From assembly GCF_009914755.1 (NCBI RefSeq), contig NC_060934.1: a stretch of 64,000 bases of DNA; one strand, given 5' to 3'. The notes under the pieces were generated by a model, which saw only the letters and a program-made list of their open reading frames with translations, made no database searches and had not been told where the DNA came from. Origin of the DNA: the human T2T-CHM13v2.0 reference genome, Homo sapiens. Both the position numbers and the translations under genes were made by a program. Positions 46,306 through 61,928 of this stretch are shown in pieces; within the stretch, counting starts at the first letter, position 1, and each line of letters starts with the position of its first letter.

Positions 46306-47008
46306 TGTTAACGCTTAAGGTTCTTGCCTAGCCACGCCAAAGAACTGGTGTGGCGGCTGACCGTGGCGAGTGATAGAGACAGGGGACCGAGGGCAAGAAA
46401 AAGCTGTAGGCTTTATTGAGCCAAGTGAAAGTACAAAGCTTCCACAGTGTGGAAGGGGTCTCGAATGGGTAGCCAGAGTTAGATTATACAATTGCCTTTT
46501 AAACTCCTTAAGGCCAGAAATATGTGTGGCGGGAAGATGTTACTAGAGCGAGAAACAAAGGCAGTAAATTATTTTGTGACATGTCTTAGATTTTGAGGAA
46601 AACCGGAATTGCAACTTAGGTTTTATCTACTTTATAACCCTGCAGTGGCATGGCAAAGGAGACAGGATCTTACAGGACTTTATAAAGTATGTTTACAAGG
46701 AATTGGAATTGGGAGCATAGATAAGGTCTGCTGGTCACAGAAAAATGGGCAGTTAACATTCCTTTTAGTTTTGGGGGAAGGTAAGGGAGAGAGGACACAG
46801 GGAAGCTTACAGCAAAATTTTCTCTGTTTATAGCTTTCTTGGGGAAGAAAACCACATACACAGATCCTGGTGTTAGGAATATTTTAAGCATATATCTTCA
46901 ATATTATTCATCCCGGACCGAAGTAAGTCCTGATGCAGGAAATGAGTGAGTTTCACAGCTTTCTGAGCCCCTACTCAACCCAGGAAGCCCAGCTGGCCCC
47001 TCCTCTCA
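46306..47008 (-). mobile_element. ERV1 solo LTR (LTR30-like, related to LTR12) inserted in a MIR
   Basis: TG...CA termini; 4-bp TSD taac (46302-05, 47009-12); minus strand starts TGAGAGGAGGGGCCAGCTGGGCTTCCTGGG; AATAAA at 46417-46412. Confidence 0.85.
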
Positions 47009-47889
47009 TAACCATCTAAGATTCTACTTTAATAGTCTTGCAGCCCTTCTTTCCTTCCTTCCTTTTTTCATTATTCTTCCTTATTCCGTCTACCTTCAAT
47101 TAGAGAAAAAAGGAAGGTGAGAAAAAAGGAAAAACAATGTGAGATATGAGAACTCATGCAGCTCACAGAAACTGACAAAAATTAGTCAATATATTTAGAA
47201 CCCAGTTGTGAATTTTCTTTCTTGAAATAGCAATAACTTAATATACTCACAATAAACTTGTAGAACTTCATGTCTGATAAGTGTCTAAAACCTATTTCTA
47301 TGCCAGTGATGCCAGTCTTTTTAGGTGTTTATCTAAAATTCATCCACTGACCAAGAAGTAACTTTACTTTACTTCTGAAAATGAAACTTTGAGAAATTGA
47401 TGAAAAGTTTAATGAACATGGGATTTGTCACCATTAAAAGCAGAATGACAGAAACCTCCAGCACTTTTTGAATTGTTAGCTCTCAGGACTCTTTTGTCAA
47501 TAATTGATTGGCTTTACTCTTACGAGAAGTGTCACCTCATACCTTTTATCACAAACATTTATTCTCTGGAATTTCTACGAACATGGTAAGATTAATAGAA
47601 ATTAGACTCTAAAGAAGAAGCTCAGGACATTAGGATTATTCCAATTAAGGTAATAGGACAGAAGACTGGATGGCTTGAGGATATATATTTTCATTCCTTT
47701 TTTTATAAATAGAAGAGATACTGCAAAATCACATACAAATGCAAATGTTCTGAAAATGGAAAGCTATTATTAGAAGCCTTGCATTCTGTCATCGGCATAA
47801 TAAAAACGGAAAAATCTACCTGGCAGGCTAAAGCGGTCAGCCTATTGGAAAGGCACCTGCACCAATCTTAGATCTGCTAGGAAAAACTG

Positions 47890-48075
47890 TTTAGAGCAGC
47901 GGTTCTCAAACTTTACCCTTCATCAAAATTACCTGAAAAGTTTGTTAAAATAGATTGTTGGACCATCCCTCCAGAGTTTCAGAGTCAGTAGGTCTGGGTG
48001 GGATCTAAGAGTTCTCATTCATAACAAGTTTCTGGGTAAAGTTGATGCTACTTGTTTGGTAAGTGCTGGTGTCGA
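47890..48075. mobile_element. MER5A-like MITE
   Basis: gcagcggttctcaaactt...cagagtttcagagtcagtaggtctggg...taacaagtt. Confidence 0.75.
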
Positions 48076-48079
48076 TGGC

Positions 48080-49210
48080 AAGTAACATCTAAACGGAGAC
48101 ATGAAGGAGATGTAGGATTTAGCAAAACACTGTGTTTGTATAGGTGGGAGGAGGGATGGTGAGGAAAGCTGAGGGCAAAGGCTTAGATAGAGGATAACTG
48201 CATGTCATCCAGAGGGACCTGCAGAACTATAGGATGTAGAGAGTGCAGAGAGATGCACCTGCAGAGGTGAGGAGGAACCAATTATTAGAAGTGTTTTACC
48301 ATACTAAATTTTGGTGGAGAGCCAGTGATTGTAAACAGGGAAGCAATACGATCAGATGCACAATAGTGAAAGACCATGTTGTCCATCGTAGGGTGTGGAT
48401 TGAAGGTGGGCAAGACCAGTAAGGTGACTAGCTAGGAAGCTACTATAGGAATGAGTTGGTGGCCAGGAGCTGTATAGTGGCAGTGAGGATGGAGAAAAAT
48501 AGAAGAATTTGAAAGATATTTAAGAGGTAGACATTAAATTCTTAATGATTCATTTGATTGCTGGAATGTGGATAAGGGAGAAAAATCAAAGTTTATTCCT
48601 AAGCTTCTGCTTTGTACAGTTAGATAGGGCTGTAACACAACAGCAAAGGTAGGTTGGAGAACAGCAAAGTGGGTTGGAGAAGGAAGGAATGGAGAGAGGG
48701 GTGATTTTGTTTCAGGCCCTGCTGATGTCCAGTAAGACACTGAGTATACAGGGACTGAACTCAGGAGAGTGATCTGAACTGGAGATATAGAGGTGGGACT
48801 TGCTGGCATATAGATAACTGAGATGGGGAGCCGTTGGAGTTTCTTGGGTGCAATATGTAGTGATAATATAACATGGCCACATTTAGGAGATCCTTGTAAA
48901 CACTGCCATTCAAGGGACAGACTGAGGTAGAGAAGTCTGCAATAGAGACTGAAAAGGAGCTAGCCAAGAAGTAGGAAGAAAGTAGGAAGAGAGAAGTAGG
49001 AAGGAAGTAGGAAGAGAGAACTAGGAAGAAAACCAAGAGAATGTGACATCATGGAAGCTGAAGGTTCCAGCCACACCAAAAGCTGGGGAGAGACCATGTA
49101 AAATAAGAAGTGAACAATATCAATTAGCTCTTGGAGGAAGGTCATGGATAACCCAAGTACAAGTTCTTATGGTGAGCTATATAGCTTGAACCAGAAATGT
49201 ACAGAAAATT
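48080..49210 (-). mobile_element. L2 fragment containing a purine repeat (agtaggaaga)n at about 48965-49030
   Basis: gtggcagtgaggatggagaaaa; ctcaggagagtgatctgaactggagatata; gagactgaaaaggagc. Confidence 0.7.
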
Positions 49211-51188
49211 AGAAAACAGAGGCAGATGAATATAATGACAATTTCTGGGTTGTCCTTTTTCTTTGTCATTTCAGAATGATTTCCATGAATTTATCTGCTA
49301 TTAATGAAAACTGAATGTACACTTTATATATGCCTTTTCATATGAAATTTTGGAAGTTTCTTGCAGTCTTCCCATATATGTTGGGCTTTCCTTCAGAAAT
49401 AGTGAAACATTCTGAACTCATGGTCTCCTGAAGACTTATCTATGAAAAAATAGTGGAAAAGTCATCCATATAGGAAGTCCAATGATTTGAATTTTTTTCT
49501 ACAGTTGTATTTCATACAAATGCATGTCTACATATTCTTTTTTATAGTCTGACCTCTAGGCTTCTTTTAAGACAATCCTAGAAAAATACATCTTATTCCA
49601 TTTTACAAAAACCAATATCCTGAAATGCTTAGATTGAAGTGTAGAGTTGTGTTTATTATGTTTTCTATTATTTGAAAGCCAGTAAAATCAATAATGGAAG
49701 ACTCATGAGGGATTTTGCTTTGGTTTTGCTCTCTTGAAATGAGATTATAGGGATCTGACAATCTTGAATTCTCAAGCTATACAATAAATACCCAAAGGGC
49801 CATCTAGAAAACATGAACATTTTTGATAATTTGGAAATGGGATTTCTTGAGTAAAAGGTTACTGTAACTGGAATCGTAGATTTCCTTTGCAAAAGAAAAA
49901 ACTTAACTGGTTAAGAAGTATTTTAAAGGAGACAGTTAACAAATCCACTATTAGCTCTCTATGAGATTTAAAGTTTCAATGGGAATTGTGAAACTCAAGT
50001 ATCAAAAAAAATATTTATCACATTTTAACCATGGAAAGAATATATAGTTCATAACTATTTTTTCTCTGAAGCACTGTTTCTCAACCTGATGAAAACTCCT
50101 TGCCTTAACTTGAAAACTCCCTAGGAGTTGCTGGGTATTGAGAACCAAACTTTGCTTCCTGCCAACCAGTTCCCCCTACTGTCCCTACCTAAAGACACCT
50201 TGCATTTCCCTGCTTTTGATTCCCATCAATTAGAATATCCCCTTATATCTTTTCCACTTTCCTTCATTTCTACCTATTGATATCCCCCAAAGCCCAGATC
50301 AAATACTACCTGTTCTATTGGGTTAGTAGATTTGCTAGCCACATACAATATATAATGTTAGCTACTGCATATGGTAGCTATTTGCAAACTTACTTCTAGT
50401 TAAATTGTAAGTTTCTAGAGAAAAAAATTATATCTTATACCTTCCACATTGCCTAGCATGATGCCTAACATATGGCTGTCACTATATAAATGTTTGTTCG
50501 TTATATTTAAAATGTTTACATTAAGAGTAAAGCTAGAATTTGGAACCATTTTATGTTTTTCTGCCCTTGCCAAACTATGGAAGAAAAGTGGGTCAGGTTC
50601 TCTCTGGAGAATGTAGTCATTCAAAATTTAGAATTCATCCAGGTTCAACCAGAAACAAATATGTGTACATTATGATTACAACTTTCTGCTACAGAAAATA
50701 AGATTGGAACTGGCAAAAATATTAATTTTCCAAGAAATTTCTCTTATTTCTAAGGTAGAATTCTTGAATCTTTTAATCTGCTAATTACAATGGAAACCTT
50801 CTTATCCAATATAACTGGACTTCATATTATATTTGGTCAATTTGTTGAAGTTTTTTAAAGTAGAAAAGCATTTAAAAAGTATATAGATACTGTAATTTAA
50901 AACACAAATAATTACTCACCAGTCTTTTTGAAATAAGGCCTCTTTTTGACTATGGGTTTGATAGTTAGAGTTCATTGTTCTCTCTATAGCATAAATCACC
51001 AAAATGTATTATCTACTGCATTGTGTTAAATGTTTTTGAAGTAATCTGAGTGTCGAATTTTTCTAGGTTTTTGTTTATTGACCACTCTCTATTTTAAAAT
51101 TTCTTCACTTCCACTAAGTTAGCTTTTTATTTTAATGTTTTATCTTTCCAAAGCATTCAAGAGAGGTTTCATAGAAATAAGTCTCCTT

Positions 51189-51543
<355 letters not shown>

Positions 51544-51651
51544 TTAGTTATAACAGTGGGCATAATTTGGGAACAAATACACCTGATTCATAACAAATAG
51601 TAATTAAACTGGTTGGAGCAGAAGTGATTAGGCATAGTGAAGATATTACCT

Positions 51652-51683
51652 GCCAGTGTTAGCGTTCGCCAGTGTTAGCGTTC
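51652..51683. repeat. Perfect 16-bp tandem duplication (gccagtgttagcgttc)2
   Basis: Read directly. Confidence 0.95.
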
Positions 51684-52905
51684 ACTATGACATGGATGGC
51701 ACTTAATATATTGCATATACAGAATGGAGAGTAACTGTTAATCTGGGGAACTGATGAGATGGAGCGTGGTTAAGAGATCTTCTGTTTTACTTGTATCTGT
51801 TACTATATTTCTGACGTTCCACAGAAAAATTGAGAAGTATTTTGTTAATAATTAAATAACTTTTCCCTCTGTCCTGAAGGACAGTGGGGTTAATTTAATG
51901 GATGTGTTGTGTTAATTCAGGGAGAATTGCCAAAGGTCTATATATGGAGGAAAAATATAGCATAGTACATCTAGGCTATTTCAGGTGTATTGGCTTCATT
52001 TCTGGATTTAGAATAATCTTTATAAAAAATTCATATGACTTAAAATTATTCAAAGAATGAAGTGAAGGAGAGAATAGAACATTGAGAAAATGTGTTTATT
52101 TTTATGCTTTATGGAAATTGATTACAGATACTCTCGCAGTATCATAAACCACTCATGGTGGCTTATGTCAAATCATAATTTTGTGACATCAAATATCAGA
52201 ATGGGATAGGGAGTTAAAATCAGCCGAGAATATTCTAGAAATGAAATTGAAGAATGGGTAGAGAATTCCTATAGTAAGGGTGCATTTTGTCTTCAGAAAA
52301 TATTTAGAGATAGAACAGTGCTTAGATATCATCTAATCTAGTAGTTCTCAACTCTGGCTATTCATCTGAGATATATACAGAAAAAACTCTTAGTTTTTAA
52401 AAATCACATTTCCTATAGGTCATCCCAATTTTCTTCCTTAATGCAATGGCCTTAGTCTACCAAATGTTTAAATATTTCTTTCATTTTTATTATTACTTCA
52501 TATTATTTTTGGTAATATGATAAAATGACCATGAAAGTAGGTAATATGAAATGATTTTCAGAAAATATCTTTAATAACATTCTACTATAAAAACAACTGG
52601 TTCAAGGAAGTTATTTGAGTTAGTATAATATTGTAAAATACAACCACTTACTTTCAGGACTATTTTTTGATCCCCCAGAAACCTTGTTTGAGCAATGTTT
52701 GCCTACGGATCTTTCTAAAGTCCTGAGAATTTTCCTTGAAATATTAAGACACGCTCAAAGACATCCCATTGTATATGAACCTATTGACTCAATGGACTCT
52801 AATGTAAGATATGTGTTTTACTACTGGAAGATAAACTAAGATAAAATTAAATAAAAATATGAGCAATACTGTTTCTGAATTTTCTCATGTTAAAACTCTG
52901 CATAA

Positions 52906-53090
52906 GCCAGGCACAGTGGCACGTGCCTGGAGTCTCAGCTACTTGGAAGGCTGAGGCGAGAGGAATGCTTGAGCCAGGAGTTCAAGGATGCAGTACACTA
53001 TGATTGTGCTTGTGAATAGCCACTGCACTCCAGCATGGGCAACATAGCGAGACCCTGTCTCTACAACAAAAACAAATACAAAACAAAGCA
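52906..53090 (+). mobile_element. FAM (fossil Alu monomer)
   Basis: Monomer with tgtgaatagccactgcactccagc...caacatagcgagaccc; TSD aaactctg. Confidence 0.8.
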
Positions 53091-53207
53091 AACTCTGATT
53101 AGCTGGATTTTGGTGGGTTTACATTTTACCTAGAAAAATAAGTTATTTTAGAGTTATACTTTCTGAATGTTAGGTTTGCTTTCACATTTGAACTTTTGCT
53201 TTTCTAG

Positions 53208-53446
53208 GGTTTTGAAGGTGTTTCTTTCACGAACGGCTCAACGAATTCCATATATGACTGGCGGACGGGTCATGAGGATGCTGGCAGTAATACTCTTGGT
53301 AGTGTTTTGGTTTCTCATTGGCTGGACTTCATCTGTGTGCCAGAATTTGGAGAAACAGATTTCACTTATTGGCCAGGGGAAAACATCCGATCACCTCATC
53401 TTCAATATGTGCCTCATTGACCGCTGGGACTACATGACAGCAGTTG
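53208..53446 (+). CDS. GPR158: GPR158 internal coding exon (probably exon 7): (R)VLKVFLSRTAQRIPYMTGGRVMRMLAVILLVVFWFLIGWTSSVCQNLEKQISLIGQGKTSDHLIFNMCLIDRWDYMTAV; ICL2, TM4, ECL2
   Basis: ttttgcttttctAG acceptor (53206-07); first G completes the AG|G Arg codon from the upstream exon; 239 nt; G|gtatgt donor, phase 1. Lies within track ORF 53167..53493; hydrophobic helix and ECL2 Cys present. Confidence 0.97.
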
Positions 53447-55158
53447 GTATGTGGTCACTTGTTTCGTATGATGGTCTTACCATTTTTCAGTAGCATTACA
53501 ACTGACTTCTTTAAAAGTCTTGCCAGACTCTTTAGTAAAGCCTAAACTAATCTCACCTAATGTGATTCTGGTAAGATAACATGGAAATGGCAGTAATGGC
53601 ATGTGAGATGCAAACTTTTTCTGGAAGTTTCTATTGTTTTTCAAAGGTATATAGCTTTGTTGATAAAATGTAATCAAATAAATCAGAAAGGAGAAACGAA
53701 CAATGGCAACTTCTGTGTATAAAGAGCTTACTTTTTTCATTCTTATCAATTGCTCCCCATTTGATTAATATTGGCTATTCTCTTGATTTATTTCCTTACT
53801 TGGGAGAAAAAAGGAAGCACACTGGTTTTTTAAATAAAATGTTGGCCCTATAATGTATCAGACTTGATATGTAGGGCAGTCTTTGTAAAAATATTGTCTC
53901 TGCAAAATTTCTGATTAATCTATCTTTCCTTTGCTGACCTCAAAAGACAACTTATTTATAATTCTCTGGAGGTTTAGAATTACACAAAGACTAAGCCATG
54001 CTCCATGAGTGTAGTAAGTGCTACGTGGCTGAGAACCTGGAGAACTTTGAAGAGCTGCATCATGGCTTGGGCCCAAAACACGGATTATTTTTCTGGCAGC
54101 CCAGTGTTTTGAAAAAAGGAGGAAAACACATAGGAATTTTTCTGTTGCTCATATTAGTCTATTTTAAACTACGTCCCTAAACATACAACAAAAGGGATAT
54201 TTTATTGTTCCCCTCAGTAAGCCACAGGACAAACCTTAATTGTATTTGGCAGATATAAAAGATAGAAACATGAGTTTGATTCCCATTTTTTGTCTCCCTC
54301 ATATTTTGCAGTTGTTGGCTAAATAGTCTTTTGCTGGAAGCTAATAAAATGTGTATTTAGTTTAGAGTTCAAATGGAGGAATATTTTTCTGGGCAAGATA
54401 TTTCAGGAGTCTTATAAACCTGATATCTGTAATAGTGAAGCATATGGGTATGTAAAGGGAATGATTATAATATAAAGCTTATTATATTTTGGGTAATATA
54501 ACAGAAGATAAATCACAGCACTAAGGTAGGAAGCGACTCTGATCTTGACTTTAGTCTGGATATGAAAATTAAATTGTATAGATAAAAAATTTCTACTCAC
54601 CCTGACATTATTTTATGCTCTCAGTGCAGGTTAACCAAATAGGAAAAATCATTTCCTTGCATTCTTATGAAGCAAAGGCCACTAGTTTTTATTTTTCTGT
54701 TTTACAAAAAAAAAAAAAAAAAAAAAACCTCAAAATACATGATGACACAAACAAGCAGATAGCATGGCCTATTCACCAAGAATGTTTTTATGCATTGGAA
54801 TTGAGATGCATTTGAGAACTTTAAAAAATTTATTTTGTACTCCAAAGAGGATCATATTTGTGATTTCTATGTAGAAATATATAGAATTATATAATTGATA
54901 GTAACCTGTATAAAGTCATTATTCCTTTCATTAGATAGCTTATTATTGATTCACATAGATGCATGAGAATTATTAAAAGTTATTAAAAAGCAAAGTTAGG
55001 TGGTGAAGATTCTTGGTGCAGTAGTAGTTTAGTAAAAGGATAAGCAGTTTGGACCAGAACTCAGGAACCTTTTATAAAGGACAAGTTCTTTAACCATGGG
55101 TAATGTTTATATTACTGTAAAGAGGTGTAAAGAACATTCATTTTATAAGAACAGTGAA

Positions 55159-55686
<528 letters not shown>

Positions 55687-55969
55687 CTACCTAGAAAATA
55701 AGATAATGATGGAATACATTGTGAGTAATGCTAGGTGGTTGAGTATATTGTGAGTTTATTAAGTATACTGTTAATAATACTGTATGGTTAAGTTTATTGA
55801 AAAAGTCTTAGAGGAATTTAGAGAAGCAGAAAAGTGATATAATGAATCGGTAAATTCAATCAAGATGACTATAAGGATGTATTTTGGTTTTTTTGTTTTT
55901 TTAAGTGAAATGCACCAAACTCACCAAATTCAGGGGTTTGGGAGTTGGAATCATTAGAAGGGAGAAAGA

Positions 55970-56155
55970 GCGGCTCTCAAAGTGTGGTCCCAGAACCCGC
56001 AGCAGCGGCATCACCTGGGGACTTGTTAGAAATGCAGATTCTCAGAGCTCACTCTGACTTCCTCAATCAGACACTCCCGGATAGTGGAGCTCAGCAATCT
56101 GTGTTTCATAAGTGTTCCAGGTGATTCTCATATTACTCTAAAGTACAGAACTGCT
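55970..56155. mobile_element. MER5A
   Basis: ctctcaaagtgtggtcc...cagcagcggcatcacctggggacttgttagaaatgcagattctc. Confidence 0.8.
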
Positions 56156-56622
56156 GACTCCACGGAGGGAGTCAGATGAACTTATGAGAACATAAAAATA
56201 ACTAATCTCAATAGTGCCCTGGCCATTCCATTCATTCTTACTGTTCCCCGATCAAACACTAGAACATTGTTTTCAATTATTATTTCAAATCCTCTTTTCA
56301 TACCTCTAAACTCTCCATGTTTCCCTTTTCTCTTAGATGACTTCTACTTGAAAAAAAATAAACAGGAGCCATAACGTAGAAATGTCTTCAAATTCCTGCC
56401 TTCATATCTATAAATCTTCCCATATCCACATTTATTCTTATCTTTTCTCCTTCATATTATCTAAGGTAACACCACAACCTGTGCCAGACTCATCTAACAT
56501 TTTGGGCCCCTCATCTCCAGTGGCCACTCTCACTTTATATGAACTTTCTGTTATCTAAATGTTATCTAAAACTCCCCTACCTCCAAAGTCATTCATTGAA
56601 GACATTGAAGAATTCTGTTGTT

Positions 56623-56887
56623 GTTTTTTTTTTCCAGTAGCTTTTGGGGTACAGGTGGTTTTGGTCACGTGGATGAATTGTATACTGGTGAAATCTGAAG
56701 TTTTATTGCACCTGTCACCCAAGGGAGTGTACATTGTACCCAGTCTGTAGTATTTTATCCCTTATCCCCTAACCCCTTCTGAGTCTCCAGTGTCCATTAT
56801 ACCACTCTGTATGCCTTTGTGTGCCCATAGCTCACCTCCCACTTATAAATGACGATGTACGGGATTCGGTTTTTCATTCCTGAATTA
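56623..56887 (-). mobile_element. L1PB-like 3' end
   Basis: tagcttttggggtacaggtggttttgg...cccacttataa; TSD tgaagaa(t/c)tc. Confidence 0.82.
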
Positions 56888-59292
56888 TGAAGAACTCCTT
56901 TCTGATCACAACCCATTCCTAGCTCATTTACTCCCTCTACAATAGCTCTTTAGTAACATAGACTGTTTTCATTGTACTTTACTCCTCCTAAATTCTGCTC
57001 TCCTCCAGAGAGAAAACTTACTTACCAGGCAGCACATTTTTCCACTTGCAGTAATGGAACTATGAAAAGAAAATGGGCATTTTTAAAAGACATTAATTTT
57101 GAATAATACTGGGAAAGAGGACATAGAGAGTAATGACGACCCTGAGATAAATAGTGCAAAAGAAAATGAAGATTCATAGCGTGAGATGGCTGCAGGGCAT
57201 GCGGTTCCTTAGGCAATAACCAGGTCTCAGTTAAAGAGGTACAGAGAAGCTAAGAGAAGAGATTGATTATAGTGGTAGGATCTAGGTCATGGCTTCAGGA
57301 ATGAGAAGTATCAAAACTTAAGAAGCAGAAATTAAACTAATACCCCTAAAGGTGTTAGGCAATAACATTAGGGTCTCTTAAAAAATCAAGACTCGTGATG
57401 AGAGTGCAGGGACCAAGAAGAGGAAGTTAAATTTTTGATGGTGTTTTTGTCATCTCACAGTCATTGCTTTTGTCCTATAAACTACTGTAACACCTTAGTT
57501 CCCAAAGTGTGCTCATCCCATAGTGACAGTGTTCTCAAAAAAAAAAAAAAAAAAGTCAGGGCACATAATTTTAAAAAATAATATTTGGAATTAGGACTGT
57601 CTTAAGACATCTGAGACATGTGGCTGTTGTAATTATTTTTCACACTATCCTAATAAAAGTTTTCATTTATTTCTCTTTCAGCATGCAGCATCAATATTTA
57701 ACCTCTTAATTTAATGGTTTCTAACGTGTAGTGTGTGCCTTTTTACAGTCTCTTTATAGAGCTCTATAAGTAACATGTTTTTGATACTCAGACTGTTAAT
57801 CAAAAATAAATCCACATATCTTCAGTCAGCTAGAAAACCTGTACTGAACACTAAATTATTTCCTGGATCCTAAGAGGTAATGTTCCCATATAGGAAGGGA
57901 CTGTAGAGAGGGAGGCAATAGGCTTAACCGTGAGGGTGGTGGGAAGACTTTCTCAAGAAGCTGTGTGCACTTACATTAGTGTCAAGAGTTCGTTCAGAAA
58001 AAAAGAAAAAGTGATGGTTAAATATGTTAGTACATTTGCATTCTGGGATCAGCTTTACCCGTCAAAAACAATCCCTTTTTCAAAATAAATCATTTGAGAG
58101 AGTGAAATACTAGTTTTTCCACTGAAGTAGAGCTCTGGCTAGAAATATGGGTCATACATTGAAAGACCGGGCTCATTCTATTTTTGCTCATTGCACAGGG
58201 CTGCTCCAAAACTGCTCAGATAGATGATTTTCCTAACACAAGTGTTTCAAAAGAGAAAACACGTATAGAAAATAGGTTGGAAAAATCTCAGAACCTAAAA
58301 GAGCCACAGTTTCTTCTTTGAAGAAATGATTTTAAAACATAGAAGGGGGAAAATGGTTTTCAGAATCACATTGTCATTTATGTCCGTTTATAATTTTCAA
58401 TCATTTTGTTAGTCCTGTGTATAAAAAAATAAGGTAAGATTTAATGGAAAAAATAAGGATAAAGACATTGCTACATGGACACTGGACAATGTGAGAAGTG
58501 CTTTTCAGGCAGAGTAGTCAGTTTTTCTTAACAAATGACTTTTTCATCTGGTGGAAAGAGTTTTAAAATGTGGATGTTCCAAGACATTTTTAGATCAGAT
58601 TATAATTCCTATAAACATTTAAACTGCCATACCTTTTTGAGAATCATCTACATCTATAATAACAATACATACTATGGTACTTACACTACTCATCATTATA
58701 TGACTCAGTACCCTGAACTTTTCTGAGTACGTTTAAATATATTTTCTGTAGCTCACTGAAGGCAAAAGAATCTTTCCATCTGCTCCTCCCTCTTGTAGCT
58801 ACGTGCTCCTCAGCAACATGGCCTACGTTGTTCAGACTTATCCCTGACACAGACAGAGAACCTGCCAGGTGTAGGATCTTGAAAAATATTTGTTGAAAGA
58901 ACAAAGCAGTCAGCTGTCTTTATCTTGTGATATTTTCTGTTGTCAGACTTAGACCAGTATGAGGAAACAGGTTAAAGCTAAAGACTGTGGAAGTCATACA
59001 CTTGTCCCCAGCTTCATTTTCATGGTAAATGTATAAGTTCAAATTTGGGGGAAGGTATTTTGGAGCAAGTTATAGAAACTAATGGATAATTGCTGGCCAT
59101 TTTATGAAACTCTACCTTTGACTTCTCCAACAGTCATAATAGATTGGTACAAATTTGCATGGCAAAGGAAAACTATAACTTAAAAAAGATTACATAGTGT
59201 AATTACAAATATTGAAACAGAATAAAATAGATTTAATGAACATTTTGATTATTTCACTATTGTCCTAGAGCTATCTAAAGAATAAAGGGGTT

Positions 59293-59644
<352 letters not shown>

Positions 59645-61205
59645 TTAATGAAGAAAACAAAGTATCATGTCATACTCATTTTGGAAACTGTTGGTAGTAC
59701 AACTGTACGACTGTCAGATTTTTTTTTTTTTTCTAAATCCTCCTACCCTGGTTGGTAAATTGGCAGTCAATTGTCCATGTTCAGGATTTTTTGCAATCAC
59801 ATTAAACTTGTCATATTAAAAAGTCAAAACTTTATTCCCCTATGAGTTTTCTAATTGGATAATACAAACTGACAAGTAAGTAGAATTGACTTCTCATGCC
59901 TGAATTAACTGTTATAATTTCACCCCTAGAGTCAAATAGACCAGATCTTGACACCTAGATTTAGATATCCCAGGCAGGCAGGTCCTCCAGTATGGGGGAC
60001 CCAAATTTAAAATACATTTATTTTATAACAGAGGTAGTGATGTAATGGAGTTCATCCGTTGACATATGTAGTTGGATAGCACTCAATTTGTGCTTACACA
60101 TTTAGAACATACATTGAAGATACTGAAGCGGAACCAGTGACCAAGATAAGCTAGAACAAGTGGGCAGATTCTTACCTTACCTGCAAGAAACAACAAGACC
60201 GCAAAAAAGTAGCTAATAAATGATAGCATCGAGGACATTTAGAACTTCCCTTCCATGGTTAAATCTGTGCATCAAACTTTAATATTGACCCAGGCAAGCG
60301 CTGAGCTGTTTCCACAGTTTCTTCCAGAAGTTAGGTGATGATAGAATGTTATAAAAAGTTATGTAATTGAGAATAAATCTATTTTACTGCCCTCCTGGCA
60401 CAATATATCCAAAAAGCCCTATCTAGGCTTCTATTCATCCTCTATCATCTCCTGTAATTCTTTCTTTCTGTATCACTGATATAGCCTAACTCTTCTTAAC
60501 AGCATTTATATGATCTAATAACTATTCCCTGATAGGAATCCTGTTATAAATTAAGTTCTCTCCCCCTACCCTCCACCTCTCTTCATGGTTGTGAAAGTCC
60601 ACTGATACATGAGGAGTCTCATGGTTCTGGAAACTCAGAGCTTGACATCACTTGTTATATATTTTATTCACCACATTGAAAAGAAAGACGTAAATGAAGA
60701 TACAAGCAATAATTAAACAGGTATGATAGGCTTCAGTCTAATTCCATTTGGAAATTTTTAAATATTTGTGCTTTTAGTGAATTCCAGCATTGATTACTCC
60801 ACTGTTCAAAAGTATTAGTTTCCATGGATTTCACATAATATAAAATATTGCCACTATAGAAAATACACAGTCTTTATTCTTCTTTATTGACATGCTTTTC
60901 TCCTTTGTTCTTGTCTTTCCTGGTACAATATTTTTAACACACACACAAAAAACAGGCAGTGTGTTCAGTAATTTAATTAGTCATATGCCAATGTTTAGAA
61001 AGAACCGAGAAAAATACAGCATCTCTCTCGCTGAGTTATATAAGGAAATTCTAAAATAGCAATTGTTTTTAAGGATTTAAATACTTAATTACCCTAGAAG
61101 ATTAGGCTTTATTATGACAGGTGAAATGTGATATAAGTGCCATTTAATGAATGTTACAGAAAATAGATTAGACTTTCTCGTATCTGACAGATTAACGTTC
61201 TTTAG

Positions 61206-61928
<723 letters not shown>

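Noticed and set aside
53167-53493. 108-aa ORF as a standalone gene
   Set aside because: It is a GPR158 internal exon plus flanking intron; the ATG lies upstream of the acceptor.
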